DNA of 38,023 bases from Octopus bimaculoides (Eukaryota): assembly GCF_001194135.2 (NCBI RefSeq), contig NC_068996.1, positions 13,663,222 through 13,701,244 of the forward strand. Reading direction: 5' to 3'. Position numbers and translations under genes: made by a program. The notes below the pieces were generated by a model. The model saw only the letters and a program-made list of their open reading frames with translations, did not search any database and was not told the DNA's origin. This document shows, piece by piece, positions 22,524-35,435 of this stretch (its first letter is position 1; the number at the start of each line of letters is the position of its first letter).

Positions 22524-24002
22524 GTATATATACATGCATACGTATATACACGTTGTTATATGTATTTTGAGATCCAAGTCTTGTTTTAATGTATATTCTC
22601 TTGCATGCATGTTTTATGCCAAAATTTATTTACATCTACAGTAACCCTATTATTATTTCGTATTTACTAGGATATTCTCATATACTTACTTCAAAGAAAA
22701 ACACTTGATGATCTGGTCAAAATTTCCTGCTATATTGTTCCTTTTCTACATTTAGCTATTTTATTTTTCCCATGAAAAGCTCACTCTGCTTTCAATCTTG
22801 TGCAACTTCTTTCATGTTATGAATTTAAATGATAGCTCTGTTAGGCACAAATTGAGAAACGCAATATTTCCATGAGTTTTCATTCTATTTTCAGTCAAAT
22901 GTTTTCCCCAGATATATGAATGAAAAATACTTCAAGACCTAAATTTTCACCGGCATGAACACTTTCCAGTGTATGTAACTTTAACAAACCTCCCAATAGA
23001 CAAGTCCGAATCTTTTTAAAAATAAAATATACTAATAGCTTACATTTCAAAACGAGACATAAAATACTGAAGCTATTTTTACGAAAAAACTGGAAAGAAA
23101 GGAAACCATATCCCTGAAAAGTTGCGTAGGAGTCCGCTTTGAAAGTTTACGAATAAAAATGTCATCCGATTCAATAATCCGGATGTACTTTTTCAAAAGA
23201 GTGACCTTACAGGACGTTCAGTTTTTACTGTTTGTAAAATAGCAAGGGGAATATATTGATTTATCTACATTTACGCTGGTGTTGTTTACTTTGAAGTGCT
23301 GTGGTTATAAAAGAGTTGAGAGTAAATTGGAGGAATGCATATTATGTCGTTAGCCTTCACCTTGTGACCCCATAGAAGGACTCTCGCAATCCACCATATA
23401 TATCAAAAACATGCTCTTCATGCTTTTGACAGCTTCACGAGTCACACATCCACCTGAGAAGTGAGTTAGTCAAACAACAAACCTTTCAGAAATTTACAAA
23501 AAATCGATAAATATATAAATAAAATCAGATCAAAAAGCATCCAGTGATGTTAAATAGAAGTGGGAACTGAGTCAGTGTACAACGATAAAAAATTCCTTTG
23601 TCCAAAATACTGATGAAAAGATCACAAAAATTGAAGACGGGAATTTCAAAAGACGTTATGAAGGTGATGATTCATTCCCTTGCTAAACATCTGTTCAATA
23701 AATATTGACAACATAAAATGGAAGTTAAAAGCTGCTGTAGTGTTTGATCGTGCTGCAAAAATTGAAGTACCGTTATTAGCAGCAGGTTGGAAGTACCTAC
23801 ATACACACGATTCAGCTACAGTGCTTTCCATAATCATAATGTAATCAATGTCTCAAATCCATGAATGAATGCTTCATCTTGATCGAAAACAATTAAGTCT
23901 GTGAAAAGGTTCAAGGACAATTCACTAGACATTTATCAAAAAGCGAGGATCACACGTTGTATGGGTAGATAGAATAATTCAACGTGAAGAGTTCTCCACA
24001 TG

Positions 24003-24166
24003 GGCGCAGGAGTGGCTGTGTGGTAAGTAGCTTGCTTACCAACCACATGGCTCCGGGTTCCTTCCCACTGCGTGGCACCTTGGGCAAGTGTCTTCTACTA
24101 TAGCCTCGGCCAACCAAAGCCTTGTGAGTGGATTTGGTAGACGGAAACTGAAAGAAGCTTGTCGTA

Positions 24167-24227
<61 letters not shown>

Positions 24228-24443
24228 CTGTGTCTGTGTCTGTGTTTGTCCCCCCAACATCGCTTGACAACCGATGCTGGTGTGTTTACGTCCCCGTAAC
24301 TTAGCGGTTCGGCAAAAAGAGACCGATAGAATAAGTACTAAGCTTACAAAGAATAAGTCTTGGGGTCGAATTGCTCGACTAAAGGCGGTGCTCCAGCATG
24401 GCCGCAATCAAATGGCTGAAACAAGTAAAGAGAGTAAAAAGAG
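24003..24443 (+). mobile_element. Main CORE-type SINE, full length
   Basis: tRNA-like head GGCGCAGGAGTGGCTGTGTGGTAAG..CCGGGTTCC, CORE-like GGCACCTTGGGCAAGTGTCTTCT, internal (TA)n(TG)n, tail ..GGCTGAAACAAGTAAAGAG. Confidence 0.95.
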
Positions 24444-24880
24444 TATTTAACCATTGCATCTTTGAACTTCTCTGCATTAAGAACTGAAATGTAAGATCAT
24501 TTCTACACTTTTGATGGAGGCTCAACTTAGCCAATGATGATTGCATCTAATTCGGCAGCATATTGTGATGAACTACAACTACCAATATTATTATGGATGT
24601 TCGAACCTCCAGAAACAGCTGTTGGACTTATGACACCTTTCTTCCACCCTTTTAACTGTGTCTATTGTTTGTACACTGTGTAAGCTGGACCTATTAATAT
24701 CAACACCTATATATTTAAACCTTCAAAATTCATCATCTGGAAGTTTCCACCTTTTGCTTTTTCTTGTTTCGCATGTATACATTTATACATATTTTGTATT
24801 TCATACACAAAACATTATATTCAATATATTTAATGTATCTAATTTGGTTATCCACATAATTGCCTCTATACACACATAAA

Positions 24881-24971
24881 CGCGCGCGCACACACACACG
24901 CACGCATACGCGCACACACACGCGCACGCATACGCGCACACACACGCGCACGCATACGCGCACACACACAC
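24881..24971. repeat. 24-bp tandem repeat (about 3 copies) in an alternating purine-pyrimidine tract
   Basis: CACGCATACGCGCACACACACGCG at 24901, 24925 and 24949 (last copy partial). Confidence 0.9.
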
Positions 24972-25133
24972 TTTTGTTTTTGAAATTTTCAAAATGATAT
25001 TCAAGCCACTTTATTGTAAAATTTAAGAGGTGTTAAACGTGAATGAAATAGAATTGAAGCTTATATCAAGAACGCATATGCATTACAAACAGGCTATTTC
25101 AAGTTCAATTCAACTGCGCGATATTTTGGGCAA

Positions 25134-25520
25134 ATGTTTTCTATATTAACTCTGGGCCTGTCAATGCTTGTGAGTGAATTTGTTAGATGGAAACTGTGTA
25201 GAGGCCGGTCATGTATATACATATTTGGATTTGTGTTTATATGTGAGTATGTGTGTGAGCGCGCGCGCGTGTATGATTCTATGTTTTTGTTTGTCTTCCA
25301 TCGCTTTTGGTGTGTTCACATCCGGTTCTGGTGTATTTACATCCTCGTAAATTAGCGTTTCAGCAGAAGATTTGGATCCAATACGCACCAAATTTTGAAA
25401 AAATAAATAAATAAAATAAAATAAAACAAATACTGGGCTTGATCTATTCGACTAAAATAGCAGTTCAAAATGGTTCCCCAAGATGGCAGCAGTCCAATGA
25501 TTGAAACAAACAAAATATAA
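25134..25520 (+). mobile_element. Old, 5'-truncated copy of the main SINE
   Basis: GCTTGTGAGTGAATTTGTTAGATGGAAACTG, CTGGTGTATTTACATCCTCGTAAATTAGCG and GCAGTCCAATGATTGAAAC align with 24120-24425. Confidence 0.75.
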
Positions 25521-26184
25521 AAACAATTGTCAGATTTGCTCATACCTGGTTAAAAATTCTCAGAATATAAATGTCCCAGTTTTCAAAGACTTTCTTTAGT
25601 GGATCAGAACCCAGAAAGGGTTACGGGATCAGCTGCATAATGAATGCGTTCTTGAAAATCTTACCGAAATGTGGAATGTCGGAAAGAAAAAGTTATTTCC
25701 CATTGATTTAAATGTTCATTAAAAGTACAAAAAAAAATATAGATATATAAATGGGAAGTAGTATTCTATATATCTCAATTCTATATCTGAATAAGCTTCT
25801 TAGAAACGCAACATTTCTATAATGAGGAATATCTGTATGCGTGAAGAGTCGCCGTAATAAAATATAATTATAATGTAAGATATATTTTCAGTTACTGCCA
25901 TAATGATTATAAAATTTGATATTCTCGATTAACACAGGGAAGCTACTGATTTGTATCTTGGTCAAGTTGACATGTCTTGAAGAACGGAATTTGATTTGAT
26001 AATATTTGCAAATTTGTAGAAGGTGAGATGATTGATTGATAAACACATATTTAAAAAAAGACAATAAAAAATATGATTATAAAATTTCCGGTCAAATGTC
26101 ATATCCCCTAATAAAGATATCATCTCATAAACATTCTATCAGTTTCTTCCTTGAAGCTGAGAGTTCATATCTTACTACTTTCTG

Positions 26185-26243
<59 letters not shown>

Positions 26244-26269
26244 NNNNNNNNNNNNNNNNNNNNNNNNNN

Positions 26270-26316
<47 letters not shown>

Positions 26317-26326
26317 CGTATACGTC

Positions 26327-28940
26327 GAACGATGAAGACGAGCATTCAACTCTACATCGGTGGATATAATTTCTTTATCTGTGATGTAAAGCTACCCTTA
26401 GTCTCATGTTAAGAAAATTAGGAATATATCCTAGTGACTTCATTTTTCAAGCCGATCATATAGAGAAAGGCAATTGCCTCCATCTTGAAAAACAGAATCT
26501 CGTTCAGTTCGCGGAGATTCTCGTGAATTATCGTGAATAAAACAGGGGTGGCATGCTTTGAAAGTTTGTCTTCCTTGGATTTGTCTTTTGGGAAAACTGT
26601 TGAGTGGTCAATTTTTTTGCATTATTCTGGGTTTTTTTCTGGTTGTGATGTTTTTATACTTGTGTGCTGAGGTAGTTCGTCATTGGAGTATATTTCTTCT
26701 GGGTGTGGAGTTTATGTGCTATGTGTGTTCAGCTTTCATGTTCAGTGAAGGGGCTATCCTAGTGGGGCTAACGTCGCAGATGGTAGCCCCTCTTTGAAAT
26801 ATTTGAGTGTAAAATATTACTTCCTTATGCTTCCTTTCAATGTCCATATCATATTTGCCAGGGACGTTGCATGTTTTTTAAAATATTTTTGACTCTCAAT
26901 GATGTCAGGTGTTGTGTCCACCTTTCCTTGAACGAGTTGCCCGTCATTCCGATATACGTCATTGCTACTCTTTTGGGTTCCGTGATCTTGGCCTTGTATA
27001 CGAATTCTTTCTTGATTCACTTGTTTAGAGAGCAGTGGTTTGGGGATCTACTGTTGCATTGACTTTCGTGGGTGTTCCTGGTGAGTTTATATTTATTGTT
27101 ATTTGTATTATTGATCCTATATTGGAGAGACAAGTATAGCTGACTTTATCAGTGTTGCTGTTGAAGATCTTGTGGTATTTGTGTGTATGTGGAAAGTGGT
27201 TGTCTATTTATTTCAAGTGTTTCCTAGCTATGTTAGCAGCTACATTCATGCTATAAGGTGAGTTAGACGATAAGATTTTCCTCTACCTGCGTTTTCTTGT
27301 TCTATTTCTATTTAGTTCAACGTATTATATGTTGAATCTTTCTAATGCAACATTATTGTATAAGGTGGCTTTTTTGTCGGCAGATAAATTGAAAACTTGC
27401 CTATTAATGTTGTTAACCATTTGCTTAATTATTGCTAGTGGGTGGTTGGAACCTATGTGTATGTACGAAGATTCCTCGTTTGGTTCGTGTAGCGTTTAAA
27501 TTATCCTGTCTTAAGGTTCAAGTTGATATTTAGGAAATTGACTTCTTTAAGGTCTGTACTAATTGTGGTTCTTTGGTCTAATTGCTAAATATTTTGTATA
27601 ATTGTTTTCTTATTCTATCCATATCATCCCCGTTTTTATTGTATACTATTCCCAGGCCATCGCCTCTATATAAACCAATGTTAGTTTCTTTTATTTCTTT
27701 TTTAATCATATCTAGAATAAAAAGGCTTACAAGGTCAGATATCTCTGCACCATTATAGCTCACCATTTCCACATCAAATAACTCGTCTCCGTTCTTTTTT
27801 TCCCAATACGAATTATCATGAAATACTAATGACTTCATTATTATATCTATATCAGTATTAGTTATGGTGACATATGCCTTATTAAATTCAAGTACCTCTG
27901 CAGCAAGTTTTGGGAGATAGAAAGGTAGAACTCTACGATATCAAATTGCATAAATTTGCAATTGGGTTTATCTTCTATTATCTTAAACCATTCTCTACGG
28001 CATATCCATTGAGTAAGATTTGAGTGTGCTCTGATATGTCGTATTATATCATCTAATATGGATTTACTAATAATTCTTATTTCACTTTTTGCGGGATTTA
28101 TTAATCTACTTTGCGTGAAGTTATATTTACGGTCTTCCAGGGATACAAAAGGATTTCATGAGATAAGCTTTTTCTACTTTGACTACTATTTTAAACTTTG
28201 TGGTTAAATTTTTTGTTTCCTATTAATTGAATTCTAAGTGATGGAGTTTGTTTTCTTGTATGTTTTAGTTATGTTTTCGGTTAGTAATTTGATATGTTTG
28301 GTCGTTTACTTCATAAATATTTTTGTTTTGTATGCTATAACAAACACATCTTTGATGTTTTGAAAAGTTCGATCTGTAATGCATGTTAGAACTTGGGATT
28401 TTGTTTAAATTTTACATTTCTAACTAACCTTATAAGACTGTCTTCAAATTTTGATAGGTCTTTGATATGTGGTGGGTTTTATAAGATCTGAAACCATAAT
28501 TGTCCTCTGCATGAGGGCTGAATATACCTTTATCGAAAAAGTAAGCCTTTCATTTCATCCTCCGCAGAACATTTTCTGTTTCGTGGATAAGATGTTTGAT
28601 GTATACTTTTCTTGGTGGAATAGGAATATTTTTCAGTGATTTCATTATTACCTGTTTTTCCGTGATTTGTTTTGATCCTGTTCGTGTTTAGTGTTTAATC
28701 GGTGTTTGTTGACGTCGGAAGCTGTGAAACGTAAATATCGAACGATGAAAAAATGAGTGTTCCTGCATTGGTGGACATAATTTCTTTATCTTTGAATTAA
28801 GACTACCATTACTTTCATGCTAAGAAAATTTGGAATATGTCTTAATTTTTCTAACTGATCACATGGAGAAAGGTGTTCACCACCATTTTGGAAAACACAT
28901 TCTCATTTAATTCACGGAGATTCTCGTGAATAAAACAATG
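26327..28940 (-). mobile_element. Near full-length Penelope-like element with direct terminal repeats (pLTR-like)
   Basis: Roughly 200-220-bp direct repeats at 26327-26547 and 28738-28938 (roughly 70-75% identical by eye) flank a decayed RT-EN ORF; (TA)n on the left and (CA)n on the right. Confidence 0.85.
26700..28645 (-). pseudogene. PLE RT plus C-terminal GIY-YIG endonuclease (GLYRDDGL type), disrupted
   Basis: MKSLKNIPIP..RRMK*KAYFF; RLINPAKSEI; QFDIVEFY; MVSYNGAEISDLV; GLYRGDGL (catalytic D to G); GSNHP; SPYSMNVAANI; [15 protein letters not shown]; CNSR...CSLNK; VYKAKI..TYIGMTGNSFKERWTQH. Multiple stops and frameshifts. Confidence 0.95.
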
Positions 28941-29404
28941 AATACATGCATACACACACACACACACACATATCTTGTTCTTTTATTGCATGACTTGTAG
29001 TTTCCTTGTACCACCAGCCAGGACTGCAAACTAATTAAAAAGGCGATTTCATAAATAAGATATGTTTTTAAATATTGCCCTTTATAAATTCTATTATTCT
29101 TTATAATTTCACTTGTTCCACCATGAAGTTTGGTGAACTTGTATATATAAACTTACTTATTCGTTTAAAAGTTATCTGAAGATGGCAGATTTTTGCCATA
29201 ATGTAATCTAAGAATGCAGCAATAAAATTCATTGTCTCATTTAGACACAGTTTAGAATTTTACCAAAAGTTATAACGAAGGTTGATTCTGATAGGACTCC
29301 ATGAAGGAGATCAAACGCACACTAACACTCACATAAATAATGGGTGGCGAAAATGGATGGATTTGCTTGATGGACATAGATACAAGCGTATATACATAAC
29401 ACAT

Positions 29405-29574
29405 GCATTGATAGATAGATGGATAGATAGACAGACAGACAGACATACAGACAGACAGATAGATAGATAGATAGATAGATACATACATACATACATACAT
29501 ACATACATACATACATACATAGACTGATAGATAGATGACTAGATAAATAGATAGACAGACACACACACACACAC

Positions 29575-29624
<50 letters not shown>

Positions 29625-29630
29625 ACATGT
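29405..29630. repeat. Compound (TAGA)/(CAGA)/(TACA)/(CA) microsatellite
   Basis: Direct reading. Confidence 0.95.
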
Positions 29631-29852
29631 ATGTATATGCATGTGTATAAAAATCATCGGAAATTTTGTTTCCCGAGACAAGAATACGAAGAATGAAACA
29701 AGACTTAAATAGTAATCTTAAATTTTCTCAGTTTTATTATGTATTGCTGAACTGTACTTCTATTTCCAGTATGTAGTACTTTTTAACTATTGTTTTCCAC
29801 TTTGTGCATTGTACAAATTTATATACATATGCATACAAACACACAAAACACA

Positions 29853-29884
<32 letters not shown>

Positions 29885-32800
29885 CACACACGCACACACA
29901 CACACACACACACAAATATATATATGTATATATACATATAACGAGAGACAGAGAGAGGAAATGAGAGGAGAGAGAGTATGTGTGAAAGAGAGAAAGAGAA
30001 ATGAGAGGAAGAAGAGAAAATAAAATCGTAATAAATATATAAATTTAAAAAATACGAGTCAATAAACAGTTTCTTACTTTTACTTATTTTGATTTCTTTT
30101 TTTTTTATACAATGTTTTGGTTTTGAAAGAAAATAAAAATAACTATTAAGTAGTTTCTTAATAATGTCTTAAAATGTCAGAATTAAAGATATTTAGTGAG
30201 AAAGTATATGAAGATTTATCGTTTTGTAACGTTCTGAATTATAGAGTGATAAGCGATTATTGTATCTGTGAAATTTGGAAAGAAACGTGTAAATATATAT
30301 TATATATTACTCTATTGCTTTATTTAATATCAATAAGTGTTTTAGCAAGATATTGACAAAGACACTGGCCATCGCACAATGGTCATTGGTCATCATACAT
30401 TATAAAACAGCTTCAATAATAATGCTCACCCTTTTATTCTCATGTTATCTTAACTCATTACTTTTGGTTTCTTTCGATTGACTATATCCTATGCACTTAT
30501 ATATGCATGTGTATATGTAAGTGTTTGTGTGTGTCTGTGTCTGTGTCTGTGCATATTTGTCACAGAACTTTCCAAAACTAGATACCAATATCTTAGCATT
30601 ATCTAAGTCTAATTATATCACCTATGACGAAAACCACATAATGCCGAAGTAAGCGATACTAACAAACTATTAATCCGTAAACACTTTCCGCTTTATCACA
30701 ATGAATGACAACTGAGAATAAGGTGACTAAATTGTAAGAAATTCACAATCGAGGATAACAAAAGAGTATTCCCATCATAAGCTTCTAAACGGATATCACT
30801 TTGGTTACGACACCTGGGCAGTACTATTCTCGCTGGTGGTGTGAACAACTTTAAAAATATAAATGCTGCCTGAGAAGTAACAGTAGCGACCTCACAGTAA
30901 ACAAATAGTTATAACGTATAATTATGAATAGAATTTTTAACAAAAGACTTATTCCGAGAAGGATATATATATATATGTGTGAGCGTGTATGTATACATAT
31001 TAAACTAAGTTACGACTGTAACATGCTTTTGCTAATTGTCTTAGGTTATCATGTCTTTATGAGCAAATACAGACACCCTCTTAATCTTCTAATGATTGAC
31101 AGGTGAAATGTTCGAGATCTCACACTGGGCCCTATTTTCAGCTGAGTATTCCGTATTAACATGAAGTTATTCGTTTTAAAGTCACAACGCACAACAGTCC
31201 GGTAATCGAATACACGAGGTAACGACTCATACCCATAACTTAATTATTAGGCTACTTGCCTCCATGCATGCATGTTCGCACTCATGCACATATTCAAACA
31301 CACACATGCACACACGCACGCACACACGCGTATACACACACACACACACACTCAATGATTATATGAATAAATATTTCATAATTATACTGAAAATAATTTC
31401 TATGCATGAGATCAATAAAAGCGAAAAGCATAACATTCAGTGACATAATATATACACATGCACATGCGTATAAATAATGGAAACAAGCTTAAATGCAATG
31501 TATTAAATATCTTTATATTTTGTACAAAACGAGCAAAAGTAAAACTATATATATATATATNNNNNNNNNNNNNNNNNNNNNNNNNNNNNNNNNNNNNNNN
31601 NNNNNNNNNNNNNNNNNNNNNNNNNNNNNNNNNNNNNNNNNNNNNNNNNNNNNNNNNNNNNNNNNNNNNNNNNNNNNNNNNNNNNNNNNNNNNNNNNNNN
31701 NNNNNNNNNNNNNNNNNNNNNNNNNNNNNNNNNNNNNNNNNNNNNNNNNNNNNNNNNNNNNNNNNNNNNNNNNNNNNNNNNNNNNNNNNNNNNNNNNNNN
31801 NNNNNNNNNNNNNNNNNNNNNNNNNNNNNNNNNNNNNNNNNNNNNNNNNNNNNNNNNNNNNNNNNNNNNNNNNNNNNNNNNNNNNNNNNNNNNNNNNNNN
31901 NNNNNNNNNNNNNNNNNNNNNNNNNNNNNNNNNNNNNNNNNNNNNNNNNNNNNNNNNNNNNNNNNNNNNNNNNNNNNNNNNNNNNNNNNNNNNNNNNNNN
32001 NNNNNNNNNNNNNNNNNNNNNNNNNNNNNNNNNNNNNNNNNNNNNNNNNNNNNNNNNNNNNNNNNNNNNNNNNNNNNNNNNNNNNNNNNNNNNNNNNNNN
32101 NNNNNNNNNNNNNNNNNNNNNNNNNNNNNNNNNNNNNNNNNNNNNNNNNNNNNNNNNNTATATATATATATATGTACATAGACACATATACACACATATA
32201 TATGTATATACAAGATGTAAGGGAATTCTGTGTAATACATGTAGTGGGTTTTGTTTATTTCCTTGAAGCGGATGATTCACTCAGTCTCCTCTGAAATTTT
32301 GTCGAACAGATGACAAATAGACGAAGGATATTAGTGAGAGCCAACGAAAACTATAAGTTAGGTCGATATTTAAACGTCGGGTGGAGTGCAGCATCATGTT
32401 CAAACTACACCACTTGTTAACTGACTATAATTTTGTGCGTACATGTATCTTTAAGGGACAACTGTGAATAAAGGAGGTATAGAGAAAGAAAAATTTGATC
32501 TATTAAAGAAGAGGGTGTCTATCTGGATCAGAGAATACTATAACAACGACTTGGCAGTGTGGCGTAAAATGTTAAAATTTTAGCTATTAACTATCTGGTA
32601 GAGTGTTTCAACTTTTGAGTTAAATATTTAAAACATTTCATGACAAATTTGTCTACGTAATATTGTATCCTCGCTATTCCAGTTTACAGCAGTATTTCAA
32701 TGGAACTAGCATATTTATTTGTTAGATACATTGAGAGATGTTTATGTGTATGGTATTTTATAAGTCAACAAGGAGTGAAAAAATCCAATATTCATAAAGA

Positions 32801-33459
32801 GTGAAATATTTTATAGTGAATATCATGCAGACATATATATGCAGTCTGCCATTGATTTCATGTAAAAAGTACGGATTACTCAAGATCTGAGTGCTTCACA
32901 ACATAATACTCATCATTTGCCACCTCAGCTGAAGACATGTGAAAAAAATGAAAATGGTTGCCCAGCGTAATTACGTTAGGGACAACAAATATGTGAATAA
33001 GCGTCTTTTTATTGGAAAGAAAAGAAATATATGGTCCAGTTGGGCATTACCCATAAAATAATGTAGCTAGATTTTTCCCTGCTTTCAGTGTAATGCATGC
33101 AAGCGATATCTACCTATCCATAAACGTTCAGTCTCTGCACTAAAACTCATATAAAGCCGGTGACAGTGGACAAAGAAAGGCATGCGAGTTCGAAGCCATA
33201 AACGCAAAGTTTATTAAAATGATGTAGGAGAGACAAAAAATTGTTTTAAAGGAGATTAAAGAAACAAAAATGAAGAAAAAAAGGAATAATAAAGAGGGAA
33301 GTAAATTAGGGAGAACTGGAAATAGCTACTCGTTTCTTCATTTCCCACTACTTTTAAATATAAGAAAACTATGAGACTGTTTCACTCCAAGTAAATAACT
33401 CTTAATGATTTCGAGTGCATTCTCACCTCCATCTGACAGCCATACACATATTCATATAT

Positions 33460-33461
<2 letters not shown>

Positions 33462-33508
<47 letters not shown>
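33462..33508. repeat. (TC)n microsatellite running into a gap
   Basis: Direct reading. Confidence 0.95.
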
Positions 33509-34146
33509 NNNNNNNNNNNNNNNNNNNNNNNNNNNNNNNNNNNNNNNNNNNNNNNNNNNNNNNNNNNNNNNNNNNNNNNNNNNNNNNNNNNNNNNNNNNN
33601 NNNNNNNNNNNNNNNNNNNNNNNNNNNNNNNNNNNNNNNNNNNNNNNNNNNNNNNNNNNNNNNNNNNNNNNNNNNNNNNNNNNNNNNNNNNNNNNNNNNN
33701 NNNNNNNNNNNNNNNNNNNNNNNNNNNNNNNNNNNNNNNNNNNNNNNNNNNNNNNNNNNNNNNNNNNNNNNNNNNNNNNNNNNNNNNNNNNNNNNNNNNN
33801 NNNNNNNNNNNNNNNNNNNNNNNNNNNNNNNNNNNNNNNNNNNNNNNNNNNNNNNNNNNNNNNNNNNNNNNNNNNNNNNNNNNNNNNNNNNNNNNNNNNN
33901 NNNNNNNNNNNNNNNNNNNNNNNNNNNNNNNNNNNNNNNNNNNNNNNNNNNNNNNNNNNNNNNNNNNNNNNNNNNNNNNNNNNNNNNNNNNNNNNNNNNN
34001 NNNNNNNNNNNNNNNNNNNNNNNNNNNNNNNNNNNNNNNNNNNNNNNNNNNNNNNNNNNNNNNNNNNNNNNNNNNNNNNNNNNNNNNNNNNNNNNNNNNN
34101 NNNNNNNNNNNNNNNNNNNNNNNNNNNNNNNNNNNNNNNNNNNNNN

Positions 34147-34527
34147 TATCTTCTTCGTGTAGCTTCGTTGGATTGCTTCAAGTTCTGAGATTAATTTGAC
34201 ACTGGTTGGTGACCATAGCTGAGAGCAATAGTCAAAGTGGCTTAGGACAATTGTCCTCCAGAGGACCATCATGGTTTCCTGATCTCTTGTTCTAAAAGTT
34301 CTAAGAATCCATCCGGTCAGCCGCCTGCATTTCATTGCCAATTTAGCAACATGCACATGGAAAGATGCATCATTACTCATGTAAATGCCCAGGTCTCGCA
34401 CTGACTGTGCCTCTGGGATTGGAGTTCCTCCAGGTCCAGTGTATTTAATGGGTATTGCATTTAGTTTTGCATGCTGAGAGCACAAGGCTTGAAACTTTTC
34501 AGCATTAAACTGCATGCTATTCTTTTC
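34147..34527 (-). mobile_element. 5'-truncated CR1/L2-type LINE, RT C-terminal region
   Basis: MQFNAEKF..VRDLGIYMSNDASFHVHV..GWILRTFRTRD..LWRTIVLSHFDYCSQLWSP..LEAIQRSYTKKI is open without stops; the 3' part is in the gap. Confidence 0.92.
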
Positions 34528-35090
34528 ATATATATAAATAATGATTATTACAAGAGCTACAAAAGATTTTACATATTATACACAACAAAAAGGTTAATGA
34601 ATTCATACAAGGATAATGAAAATAAATAAATAATAGAATAATAAAAATAAACAAATCAATATATAAATACGACAATTGAAAGAAAAAGAGAAACTTGCGT
34701 TTCGTGCGATACCATTTATTAAGGGGAAGTAAATGAAATAGAATTTGTAGAATAAAGAGAGCCAGAAATATTACCAAATTTATAAATGTTTACACTTTAG
34801 GCTTAGTGGAATAGTAGGGGCAAGAAATGGAGACAAAATATGGGTCACAATGAAAGTTACTGGAAAGACATAGTGGGAATTCGAAGTTTTTGGAAGCGAG
34901 GCCTTCTTCAGAAAATTTAATCTTCTTTGTCTTTTCGACAATTCTTCAATGGAGTAGGCACCAGTTGTACACAAGAGTCAAGTCCATTTCACATTCACTC
35001 TCTCAGTCTGGAATATTAATCATTTGATTTCGTCCTTCAGTCAGAAGTTAATTTTTCTGTTGCTGATGTTGTTGTTCTTGTCCTTTACAG

Positions 35091-35114
35091 TACCAGAGGA
35101 ATTCACGCGCAAAG
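35091..35114 (+). other. Candidate 24-nt microexon
   Basis: Branch-like CTGAT, acceptor GTTGTTCTTGTCCTTTACAG and donor AAG|GTATTC; open in all three frames. Strand is ambiguous (see findings). Confidence 0.3.
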
Positions 35115-35283
35115 GTATTCCAATAACAAATATTATTATTTTTATTTTCCTTTAGCATACATAGATGCACCTCATCTTATGTGCATCATATTGCAATGTC
35201 TAACAATTTAATCAACCACGTAGACTTACTCGCACGAGCTCGCTACGCTCTTAATAGTTGTTGTTGTTTTTGTTTATTTTCAG

Positions 35284-35435
35284 AGAGTTTTCCTCAAGCA
35301 GGCATAAGCAAAGGCGTTCTCACCGCCATTAACTTCTTTGTTCATCATGTCATTGTTTGTCACAAAGCCAATACGGATAGGACGTATTTTGAGGGAGAAT
35401 TGTCAGATAACTTTATCTGTTTGATCAGCACGTAG
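35284..35435 (+). other. Candidate terminal exon
   Basis: Acceptor TTGTTTTTGTTTATTTTCAG; one frame is open for about 50 codons to TAG at 35433-35435; AATAAA downstream near 35725 and 35766. No protein recognised. Confidence 0.25.

Noticed and set aside
26749-26791. GGGGCTA direct plus inverted mini-repeats forming a hairpin
   Set aside because: Lies inside the decayed PLE ORF end; most simply a local duplication with no separate meaning.
27000-27075. In-frame TGA at a conserved Cys of the PLE endonuclease zinc-binding region, suggesting selenocysteine recoding as reported for some Naiad PLEs
   Set aside because: The copy is decayed: another Cys is Ser, a Trp is also TGA, the RT catalytic Asp is Gly and there are frameshifts. 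No SECIS-like element was seen.
33070-33160. Strong acceptor followed by CNACKRY (zinc-finger-like); similar acceptors at 18506 and 32258
   Set aside because: All three frames hit stops before a usable donor.
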